Positions 56,182 through 64,000 of a DNA stretch of 64,000 bases are shown here, in pieces. Under the pieces are notes generated by a model, which saw only the letters and a list, made by a program, of their open reading frames with translations, did no database searches and had not been told where the DNA came from. Made by a program: the position numbers and the translations under genes. The stretch lies in contig CAVSGO010000006.1 of assembly GCA_963727525.1 (NCBI GenBank), positions 288,001 through 352,000 of the forward strand. Reading direction: 5' to 3'. Every line of letters starts with the position of its first letter. Position 1 is the first letter of the stretch. The stretch comes from an uncultured bacterium. Lineage in GTDB: Bacteria > Krumholzibacteriota > Krumholzibacteriia > LZORAL124-64-63.

Positions 56182-56448
56182 CGTGGCAACCTCACGGCAG
56201 GGCATGACAACGTGACAAGCGCGCGGTCTAAAGAAAACCCGCACGCAGCGACTCCATCTCAAGAGATGTGATGATACCATAATCCGGCCGCGCGCTCAAC
56301 CCGACCACGATCCGGCCGCGCGCGTCTCGACGGGGACGACCCGGAAAATCCACGTAGGCCCCCTTGTTTCGCGTCTCGCTTCCGTCTAGAATGACCGCCA
56401 TCATCCCAACGAAACTGAATTCCCGTGTCAAGGTCCGGAGGTGAGTCG

Positions 56449-58173
56449 ATGCGATCCCAGGGGCGAGTGTTCGTGCTCGCGGTGGTGTGCGCCGGCGTGC
56501 TGGCGCTGATGGCGCCGGGGACGGTCGGGGCCAAGCCCGTCAAGGATCCGGGCCTACCCGGCGGCGCGCCCCGCGCGTGGACCCTGCGGGTTCCCCTGCC
56601 GGACGGACCGGCCCCGCGGACGGCGGCGATTTCCCACCTGGCCGACGCCTGGACCACGCTCTTCAGCGACGGCTTCGAGTCGGGCTTCCCGGGCCAGTGG
56701 ACGGTGCTGAACCAGGGGGCGAGCAGTCAGCAGTGGGGCGTCTGGACCTGCTGGTCCGGCGATACGCCCACGCACAGCGCCGGGTGCGCGGCGGGGGGTG
56801 CGGCGGCGATCGGTTGCGGCGACGACTACCCCAATGATATGGAAGTATGGCTGGTCGCGGGACCGTTCGATCTTTCCGATACCGAGTACACCGCAGCCGA
56901 ACTCAACTACAACGTCCAGCTCGCCAGCGAGTCCGACTACGACGTATTCGCGGTCGGGGCCTCGACCAATGGCGTCAACTTCACCGTCGTCACGTATTCG
57001 GGCTCCCTGGCGCCCCAGGCGGCGACGCTGGACCTCGCCGCCGTCCCCACGCAGACCGAACCCGTGAATTTCCTGGGCGAGAGCCAGGTCTGGATCGCCT
57101 TCGTCTTCGCGTCCGACGGGTCTGTTGGCTTCCCCAACGGGGCGCAGATCGACGACGTCGTGCTGCGCGTGGCCAAGCCGGTCACGAACGAGGCGCCCCA
57201 GGTCACCGTGATGTCACCCAACGGTGGTGAGACGTGGCAGGCTGGTTCGACGCACGCGATCACCTATACGGCCACCGATGCCGACGGTGGTCCGTCGGCG
57301 CTGTCCCTGGCGTTCGCGTACTCGGTGAACGGGGGCTCCACCTGGACCGCTATCGCCGGCGACCAGACCAACACCGGCGCGTACACGTGGATCGTGCCCG
57401 CCGTCGCGAGCACCGACGCGCGCGTCCGTGCCACCGCCAGCGATGGACTTGCCGAGATCAGCGACATCTCCGACGCCAGCTTCACGATCAACCAGACCGC
57501 CCCGGGCGACAACACCCTCACACTGGGCGATGCCAGTGGCGAGGTGGGCAATTCGGTGGTGGTGCCCCTCGGGCTGACGAACTCCGCGACCGTGAAGGGC
57601 GTGCAATGCGACATCATGTATGACGCGGCGGTGGCGGCGCTCGACGGCGTGACGGCGCTGGGGCGCGCGGCCGGTATGGCGGCGGCATCCCAGGTGATCG
57701 CCCCCGGGCAGGCGCGCGTGGTGCTCTACCACGATGGCGCCTCGACGGTCGCGGCCGGTACGGGGATCATCGCCAACCTCGTGTTCACGCTGATCGGTGC
57801 GGAGGCAGCGCAGACCGGTCTCGCGCCGGTGGACATCATCGTGTCCGATCCGGACGGGCAGGCGATCGCGTGCGACGGCGTGGGCGGCACGCTCACGGCG
57901 ACCGCGGCGACTGGGCCGCCGGAGCTGGATATCGTGGCTCTGCGCAATCCTGGCCGCGTCCACACGCTGGAGATCATCGTCGCCGTCGCTGGGGGTTCGG
58001 GCGGTCTGCCTGTCGTGCTCGCCGACGAGATCCCGGTCACCATGACCTCGATCGGCGCCAATCGTTACGTGGGCACGTTCCACTCCGACAGCGCGGCCGC
58101 GAGCGTCACGATCCGTGCCGTGGACACGAATGGCAACGGCCAGGGCTCGAACCAGATCACCGTAGCCTTCTAG
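56449..58173 (+). CDS. Secreted modular protein: jelly-roll-like domain, Ig-like domain, cohesin-like domain (about 57511-57903) and small C-terminal beta domain
   Basis: Signal peptide; FSDGFESG...GAQIDDV; VTVMSPNGGETW; cohesin pattern LTLGDASGEVGNSVVVPLGLTN...VKGVQCDIMYD...GTGIIANLVF; RBS GGAGG. Confidence 0.72.
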   Translation: MRSQGRVFVLAVVCAGVLALMAPGTVGAKPVKDPGLPGGAPRAWTLRVPLPDGPAPRTAAISHLADAWTTLFSDGFESGFPGQWTVLNQGASSQQWGVWTCWSGDTPTHSAGCAAGGAAAIGCGDDYPNDMEVWLVAGPFDLSDTEYTAAELNYNVQLASESDYDVFAVGASTNGVNFTVVTYSGSLAPQAATLDLAAVPTQTEPVNFLGESQVWIAFVFASDGSVGFPNGAQIDDVVLRVAKPVTNEAPQVTVMSPNGGETWQAGSTHAITYTATDADGGPSALSLAFAYSVNGGSTWTAIAGDQTNTGAYTWIVPAVASTDARVRATASDGLAEISDISDASFTINQTAPGDNTLTLGDASGEVGNSVVVPLGLTNSATVKGVQCDIMYDAAVAALDGVTALGRAAGMAAASQVIAPGQARVVLYHDGASTVAAGTGIIANLVFTLIGAEAAQTGLAPVDIIVSDPDGQAIACDGVGGTLTATAATGPPELDIVALRNPGRVHTLEIIVAVAGGSGGLPVVLADEIPVTMTSIGANRYVGTFHSDSAAASVTIRAVDTNGNGQGSNQITVAF

Positions 58174-58186
58174 GGAGACGTCAACC

Positions 58187-58846
58187 ATGCGCGCAATGAC
58201 GACGACGTTCGCGATCCTCGCCCTGGCCGGCCTCCTGGTCGGATGCGGGGGCGGCAGCGACGGTGGCACCAACCCGCCGACCCCCACGGTGGCCGAGTTG
58301 ACGGCGCAGGGCTGGACCGCGTTCGAGGCCCACGACTATGCCGGCGCCCAGGCCAAGTTCGAGGCGGCCATCGCCGAGGACGGCGGCTACGCCGAGGCGC
58401 ACCTCGGCCGTGGCTGGGCGCAGCTCGAGCGGGCGACGTCGGCCGCGTCGATGCAGGCGGCGGCGGCCACGTTCTCCACCGCGCTCGGGTACGGTGCCGA
58501 CGTCGCGGCCACGCGAGCCGGACGCGCGGCGGCGTCGCTTGGCGCCGGCGGAGCTGCCTACGTGCAGGCCGTCGCCGACGCGCAGGTGGCGCGCGCGGCG
58601 AATCCGGCGTTCGCCTTTGGACACCGCACGTCGTTCAACGTGACCGATCTTCGTCTCATCGAGGCGTTCGCACAGGCCGGCCAGGGTGACTTCGCGCTGG
58701 CGCTGGCGGCCGCCGACGCCGTGGCCGATAGCGGCATCGTCGCCGGCGACCCCGACACCTGGCAGGTCGGCAACGAGACCCACGCGACGTTCACCAGCGC
58801 GGTGATGGCGTTCCTCGAGTCCCTGTCCACCAGCCACGCCGGCTGA
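58187..58846 (+). CDS. TPR-containing lipoprotein
   Basis: Lipobox LLVG-C; GWTAFEAHDYAGAQAKFEAAI...YAEAHLGRGWAQL. Confidence 0.78.
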   Translation: MRAMTTTFAILALAGLLVGCGGGSDGGTNPPTPTVAELTAQGWTAFEAHDYAGAQAKFEAAIAEDGGYAEAHLGRGWAQLERATSAASMQAAAATFSTALGYGADVAATRAGRAAASLGAGGAAYVQAVADAQVARAANPAFAFGHRTSFNVTDLRLIEAFAQAGQGDFALALAAADAVADSGIVAGDPDTWQVGNETHATFTSAVMAFLESLSTSHAG

Positions 58847-58856
58847 GGAGGCGCGC

Positions 58857-59441
58857 ATGTCCGGACGAACTCTCACCATCCTGATCGCGGCCGCGCTCGG
58901 CGCACTCGCCGGCTGTCGTGGCGGCGATATGGAGCGACTCCTCGATCAGGACTCGCAGCAACGCCTCGCGGCCCTCGGCAAGGACGCGCGCGTGCTCATC
59001 TCGCTGCGCGGCGAGACGCAGACGCCACAGGTGCCGACGCTCGGCAAGGGCGACCGCGTGCTCGATCACGCCGGCCACTCCGTGCTCCTGGACGTCGACC
59101 GTGCCACGTTGCCCATGCTGGCCGATGCGGACGGCGTGCAGGATGGCACGATCTGGGGCGGCAGCGACGTGATCGGCCGCATCGATCCGCCGCTGCGCGC
59201 CCAGCTCCTGGGCGCCCTCGATAAGCCGGCAGAGGTGGCGCCGCTGGCGATGGTCGGCCGCTTCGATGCGAGTGTATCCCACGTGACCGATGCCATCGCG
59301 GCCTGCGGCGGCAAGGTGAACAGCGTCGCCGGCGGCATCGTCACCCTCGAGGCGCCCGCCCGGTCGGTTCTGCGTATCCTCGCGGTGCCGGGCCTGGTGG
59401 AGTTGAAGAAGCCGAACGTGCTGAACCCTCTGGGCAGCTAG
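58857..59441 (+). CDS. Lipoprotein with two subtilase-propeptide (I9-like) domains
   Basis: Lipobox ALAG-C; C-terminal SVAGGIVTLEAP...LAVPGLV resembles the prodomain of the next gene (SVHGTIATARLP...AAVPGIV). Confidence 0.62.
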   Translation: MSGRTLTILIAAALGALAGCRGGDMERLLDQDSQQRLAALGKDARVLISLRGETQTPQVPTLGKGDRVLDHAGHSVLLDVDRATLPMLADADGVQDGTIWGGSDVIGRIDPPLRAQLLGALDKPAEVAPLAMVGRFDASVSHVTDAIAACGGKVNSVAGGIVTLEAPARSVLRILAVPGLVELKKPNVLNPLGS

Positions 59442-59454
59442 GGAGCATAGAATC

Positions 59455-62214
59455 ATGGCCATCAAGCGTCTCGTGCTCGTTTTGCTGGCTCTCGCGCTGG
59501 GCGCGGGCGCAGCCCAGGCGGCGACAGTCGATGTCCTCCTTCGCGGCTTGCAGGCCAAGGCGAACGCACCGGATGATCAGGGTCTCGTCCTCGATCGTAT
59601 CGTGGCGACCGCCAAGGACGCGCGCACCGGCGAGATGCGCGTGGGCGTGATCCTGCGGCTTGACGGCACGCTGCCGGATCTGTCAGGCATCCGCGGGCTC
59701 GTGCTGGGCTCGGTCCATGGCACCATCGCCACCGCACGCTTGCCCCTGAGCGAACTGGACGCGCTGGCCGCCGTGCCGGGCATCGTGAGCATCAGCGCGG
59801 CGCGCATGCTGCAGGCCTCGCTCGACATGGCCGTACCGGCGACGAACGTCGACGACGTGTGGAACGGCGCGCCCGCCTACACCGGCACCGGCGTGCTCAT
59901 CGGCATCATCGACAGCGGCATCGACTTCACGCACGACGATTTTCGCCACACCGACGGGACCACGCGCATCGTCTCGATGTGGGACGTGTACGGCACCGAC
60001 GGCACGCCGCCCAGCGGGTTCAACGACGGCGCCGAGTATACCGCCACGCGTATCAACACCGCCCTCGGCGGCGGTGCCGGGGTCGCCGAGGCGGACATCG
60101 TGGGGCACGGCACCCACGTCAGCGGCATCGCGGCGGGCAATGGCCGCGCCTCGAGCGGCCAGTACAGGGGCGTGGCGTACGACTCCGACATCCTCTTCGT
60201 GAAGCCCTACAACAACGGCTTTCCCGAGGACAAGACCATCGACGCCATGAACTACCTCGTGCAGAAGGCTCACGCGCTGGGCCAGCCCATCGCCATCAAC
60301 ATGTCCCTCGGTGGACATGTCGGCGCGCACGACGGCACGAGTGCCCAGGAACAGCTCATCGACGACCTGTCCGGCACCGGTGTGGTGTTCTGCGTCGCTG
60401 CGGGCAACGAGGGTGAGGACGATATCGCCGAGGCGGGCCCGGCGGCCAACCACGATTTCGTGCTGCGAATCGTCGACTACAGCCCCCAGGGCGGCACCGG
60501 CAACGACGCCTGCCTCGCCACGATCTGGTACGCGGGCTCGTCCAGCCCGAGCGTGTCACTCACGTTCCAGGGTGAGACGACGTCTCCGGTCGCCTCCGGG
60601 ACCCAGACCCCCCTGGACACGAGCGCCGGCTACATCGTCATCGACAATGCGAGCCAGGGCGTCGACCCCGGCAGCGGCGACAAGGTCTGCTACATCCAGT
60701 GGGACGATCGCACGGGTACGCCGCCCAGCGCGGGCGACTGGACGATCACCATCAGCGGCGGCTCGGGTGACGCCGTCGCCTGGGTCGCCTACGCGACCAT
60801 GACCGCCGGCTTCCCGAACAGCGACCAGTCGTACTCCCTCGGCATGCCCGCTTGCGCCGAGGCCGCGGTCTCGGTGGCGGCGTTCAAGACCCGCAACTCG
60901 TGGCCGGTGGTCGGCGGTTCGGCCGGCTATGGCAGCGGCAACCCGTGGGGCGACACGCCGCTGGGCGCGCGGGCTCCGTTCTCGTCGCTGGGGCCCACGC
61001 GCGATGGTCGCGAGAAGCCCGACCTCGCCGCGCCCGGCATGGCCATCGTCTCGTGCTACTCGCATCTGCAGAATCCACCCGCCGACAACCTCACCTTGCT
61101 GCCCGGCGGAAAGTACTACGCCACCCAGGGCACGAGCATGGCGACGCCGTTCACATGCGGTGTGGTGGGACTGATGCTGGACAAGAATCCGTCGCTCACG
61201 GCGAGCGATGTGCGCACCATCCTGCGCGACACCGCCATCCAGGACGGCTACACCGGCTCCGGCTGGAACAACGGCTACGGCGCCGGCAAGATCGACGCGG
61301 CCGCGGCCGTGGCGGCCGTGAGTGCGCCGGTCGTCGCCACCGGCGATATCGACGGCGACGGCGGGCCCACGGTGCTCGACGTCGTCCTGCTGGTGAACAA
61401 TATCGTCGATCCCACCGGCCATCCTCTGGACGGCGACCAGCGCGCGATGGCCGACGTGTTCCCCGCCGGCGGTGGCGATGGCAACCTGGACGTGTCCGAC
61501 GTGGCGCGCATCGTGGCCTTCATTCTCGAAACGGCCACGCCGGGCGCGCCGCTCCCGGCACCCGCGCCCGCGCGCTTTGCCGTGGGCGAGCCCACGCAGG
61601 ACGGCGCGACGTGGTGGGTGCCGGTGACGCTCGCCGGCGACGCGGTGGCGGGGTTCCAGTTCGCCCTCACTCTCGACGGCGCGCAGTGGCAGCCCGGCGA
61701 CGTACGCGTGACCGGCGACCCCGATTGCCGCGCCGTGGCGAGCCGTGTCGGCGATCAGGTACTCGTGCTGCTGTATGCCCCGGACAACGCCATCGCGCCC
61801 GGCGGCGTGACGGTGGAGGTGCCCTTCGCCGCCGCGATGCAACCGGCGGGCGCGCCGCGCCTGAATGGGCTGCTCGTCGCCGACCCGCAGGGCTACGCGC
61901 GCGCGGTGACGGTGGGCACGGGCGTGGGCCTGCTGCCGGGCCTGCGCGCGGTGCAGGTGGCTCCCAACCCGGCACCGTCGGCCACCACCGTGCAGTTCCA
62001 GCTCGGGCGTGGCGATGCCGTGCAGGTGGCCGTCTACGATCTCAAGGGGCGCCGCGTCCGCACGCTCGATCTCGGCAATCTCGGCGAGGGCGTGCATGCC
62101 ACGACCTGGGATGGCCGCGATGGCGCTGGCCACGACGTGTCCGCCGGCGTCTACCTGGTGCGCGTGTCCACGACGCAGCAGACGGTGACGCGAAAAGTGG
62201 TGCTGACGCGCTGA
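59455..62214 (+). CDS. S8 subtilase with dockerin, cohesin-like and FlgD-Ig C-terminal domains
   Basis: Triad IGIIDSG / GHGTHVSG / GTSMATP; dockerin GDIDGDGGPTVLDVVLLV...ADV....DGNLDVSDVARIVAFIL; VPVTL..DAVAGFQFAL; APNP...YDLKGRRVRTL...WDGRDGAG...AGVYLVR. Confidence 0.88.
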   Translation: MAIKRLVLVLLALALGAGAAQAATVDVLLRGLQAKANAPDDQGLVLDRIVATAKDARTGEMRVGVILRLDGTLPDLSGIRGLVLGSVHGTIATARLPLSELDALAAVPGIVSISAARMLQASLDMAVPATNVDDVWNGAPAYTGTGVLIGIIDSGIDFTHDDFRHTDGTTRIVSMWDVYGTDGTPPSGFNDGAEYTATRINTALGGGAGVAEADIVGHGTHVSGIAAGNGRASSGQYRGVAYDSDILFVKPYNNGFPEDKTIDAMNYLVQKAHALGQPIAINMSLGGHVGAHDGTSAQEQLIDDLSGTGVVFCVAAGNEGEDDIAEAGPAANHDFVLRIVDYSPQGGTGNDACLATIWYAGSSSPSVSLTFQGETTSPVASGTQTPLDTSAGYIVIDNASQGVDPGSGDKVCYIQWDDRTGTPPSAGDWTITISGGSGDAVAWVAYATMTAGFPNSDQSYSLGMPACAEAAVSVAAFKTRNSWPVVGGSAGYGSGNPWGDTPLGARAPFSSLGPTRDGREKPDLAAPGMAIVSCYSHLQNPPADNLTLLPGGKYYATQGTSMATPFTCGVVGLMLDKNPSLTASDVRTILRDTAIQDGYTGSGWNNGYGAGKIDAAAAVAAVSAPVVATGDIDGDGGPTVLDVVLLVNNIVDPTGHPLDGDQRAMADVFPAGGGDGNLDVSDVARIVAFILETATPGAPLPAPAPARFAVGEPTQDGATWWVPVTLAGDAVAGFQFALTLDGAQWQPGDVRVTGDPDCRAVASRVGDQVLVLLYAPDNAIAPGGVTVEVPFAAAMQPAGAPRLNGLLVADPQGYARAVTVGTGVGLLPGLRAVQVAPNPAPSATTVQFQLGRGDAVQVAVYDLKGRRVRTLDLGNLGEGVHATTWDGRDGAGHDVSAGVYLVRVSTTQQTVTRKVVLTR

Positions 62215-62229
62215 TCCCCGGCGCGCCCG

Positions 62230-63273
62230 CTAGTAGCTCGACGCGTCGAGCTTCACCTTGCCGCGGAAGATCCAGTAGATGCTGATGGTGTAGGCCAGCA
62301 CGAAGGGGATGCCGATGATCGCGATCGTCAGCATGATCTTCAGCGTGCGTGCGGACGAGGCGGCGTTGTACACCGTCATGCTCGCGGACGGGTCGGCCGT
62401 ATTGGGCACGATGTTGGGGTAGAGGCCCAGACCGATCAGCGCCATCAGGCCCGCGATCGTCAGCGACGACGACACGAAAGCGCGGATCTCGCGGCCGCGC
62501 GTGATCTCACGGGGGATGTTGGCCACGGCGAGCATCGTCAGCAGACCGAAGAACAGCAACGGCGGGGCGGCTCGGAAGTGCTCCGTCATGTGGGGTACGT
62601 AGATCAGCGTCACGATGGTGAGGCTCGCGTAGCAGATCACGAAGATGATGATGGTATTGTTCACCCAGCCGCGCACGCGGGCCTGCACCTCGCCCTCCGT
62701 CTTCATCACCAGGTAGATCGCGCCGTGCATCGTGAACAGGGCCACCGTGGTCACGCCCACGAGCAGCGCATACGGATTGATCAGGGGCCAGAAACCGGCG
62801 GCGTACTCCCCGTCGGGCGTGAGCGGAATGCCGCGGATGATGTTGCCCAGGGCCACACCGGCGAGGAAGGCGATCAGCAGGCTCGACAGGCTGAAGCTCA
62901 CGTCCCAAGCCTGGCGCCACCAGCCCATGGGCTGCTTGGAACGGAACTCGATGGCCACGGCGCGGAAGATGAGCACCACCAGCAGCACCATGAAGGCGAT
63001 GTAGAACCCGCTGAAGACCGTGGCGTACACGGGCGGGAAAGCGGCGAAGAGCGCGCCGCCGCCGGTGATGAGCCAGACCTCGTTGCCGTCCCACACGGGC
63101 CCGATGGCATTGATCAGGACGCGCCGTTCGTGGTCCGTGCGCGTGAGCAGGTGCAGCGCGCCGACGCCCAGATCGAACCCGTCGAGAATGGCGTACCCGG
63201 TGAGCAGCACGCCGACGAGCAGATACCAGACGCTGTTGAGATCCCAGTTCAAGGTTGTCTGGGCGAAGTCCAT
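62230..63273 (-). CDS. cydB: Cytochrome bd ubiquinol oxidase subunit II
   Basis: YAILDGFDLGVG, IGPVWDGNEVWL, FRAVAIEFR. Confidence 0.95.
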   Translation of the reverse strand: MDFAQTTLNWDLNSVWYLLVGVLLTGYAILDGFDLGVGALHLLTRTDHERRVLINAIGPVWDGNEVWLITGGGALFAAFPPVYATVFSGFYIAFMVLLVVLIFRAVAIEFRSKQPMGWWRQAWDVSFSLSSLLIAFLAGVALGNIIRGIPLTPDGEYAAGFWPLINPYALLVGVTTVALFTMHGAIYLVMKTEGEVQARVRGWVNNTIIIFVICYASLTIVTLIYVPHMTEHFRAAPPLLFFGLLTMLAVANIPREITRGREIRAFVSSSLTIAGLMALIGLGLYPNIVPNTADPSASMTVYNAASSARTLKIMLTIAIIGIPFVLAYTISIYWIFRGKVKLDASSY

Positions 63274-63277
63274 CGGG

Positions 63278-64000
63278 TCAGTCCTTTCGACCCTGCGTGG
63301 CGCGCGCCAGGCCGCTCCTGAGGTGGCCGTAGGTGGGCTGGTCGTCGGGTGTGGCGTCGGGTCCGTGCTGGATCTTGTGGTTCAGCAGGAAGATGAAGAG
63401 CGCGAAGAGCAGCGCGTAGACCAGGGTGAAGAGGACGAGCGAGAAGAGGGTCTGCCCTGCCGTCACCACGGGCGACACGGCGTCGGCCGTGCGCAGCAGT
63501 CCGTAGACGATCCAGGGCTGGCGGCCCACCTCGGCCGACATCCAGCCGAGCTGATTGCCAAGCTGCGGCAGCATCACCGAGAGCACGAAGAGCCACAGCA
63601 GCCAGCGATGGCGGAAGAGGGCGCCGCGCCACCAGAGCAGCGTGCCGAGCACACCCAGGCCGATGAGGGCCATGCCCACCATGATCATCAGGTGGTAGCT
63701 CTGGAAGACGACGTTGATCGGGGGGCGCTCGTCGGCCGCGAAGCTGGTCAGACCCCGGATCGGCGCCTGCGTGTCGCCATGGATGAGCCAGCTCAACATG
63801 CCCGGCAGCTTGATGCCCCACTTCACCGTCTGCGTGGTTTCGTCCACCCAGCCCAGGAGGTAAAGATCGGCCGGGGCCGAAGCCGGGTAGTGAGCCTCGA
63901 ATGCCGCCAGCTTGGCCGGTTGCGTCGCCGCGATGCCTTTGCCGCTCTCGTGGCCGGTGAGGAGCTGGGCGAACGAGAAGACGAGCAGCAGCACGAGCCC
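63278..64000 (-). CDS. cydA: Cytochrome bd ubiquinol oxidase subunit I (C-terminal part; runs off the window)
   Basis: QPAKLAAFE, GWMSAEVGRQPW; directly upstream of cydB. Confidence 0.95.
   Translation of the reverse strand, partial: GLVLLLVFSFAQLLTGHESGKGIAATQPAKLAAFEAHYPASAPADLYLLGWVDETTQTVKWGIKLPGMLSWLIHGDTQAPIRGLTSFAADERPPINVVFQSYHLMIMVGMALIGLGVLGTLLWWRGALFRHRWLLWLFVLSVMLPQLGNQLGWMSAEVGRQPWIVYGLLRTADAVSPVVTAGQTLFSLVLFTLVYALLFALFIFLLNHKIQHGPDATPDDQPTYGHLRSGLARATQGRKD

Noticed and set aside
863-62285. Many long alternative-frame or antisense ORFs (e.g. 863-3148 +, 1212-3857 -, 13310-16984 -, 42042-43985 +, 54082-56163 +, 60556-62133 -)
   Set aside because: Arg/Ala/Pro-rich shadow frames typical of high-GC DNA; they overlap well-supported genes and have no motifs
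1-64000. tRNA/rRNA genes, prophage or anti-phage defence systems
   Set aside because: No recognisable tRNA or rRNA signatures, phage genes or nuclease/RT/NTPase defence motifs seen by eye

Overview
High-GC (~70% by eye) bacterial window. The secreted proteins ending in FlgD-Ig/T9SS-like tails or a short 'WGx(I/V)KxL' tail suggest an FCB-group candidate lineage such as Krumholzibacteriota, Eisenbacteria or Latescibacterota (inference). Contents in order: (1) 1-12052, a ygeW-ygfK-dpaL-xdh-ssnA-PLP enzyme-hydA anaerobic purine catabolism cluster. (2) 12068-13290, a complete IS with 18-bp terminal inverted repeats and an AAC target duplication. (3) Mixed enzymes and hypothetical genes. (4) 19945-40119, a legionaminic-acid-type nonulosonate locus with a sialyltransferase-like gene, extra redox enzymes and a DUF4910 gene, split by a lower-GC accessory patch. 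(5) purU. (6) A 19-CxxCH cytochrome c fused to a cytochrome b module. (7) 44214-62214, a secretome-rich region with two subtilases. (8) cydB and a partial cydA. The best candidates for undescribed biology are a four-gene operon (cohesin protein, TPR lipoprotein, stand-alone propeptide-like lipoprotein, dockerin/cohesin subtilase) resembling a cellulosome-like proteolytic complex with its own inhibitor or chaperone, and the short C-terminal WGxxK tag, which may be a sorting signal. All calls come from reading motifs by eye; no database searches were run.
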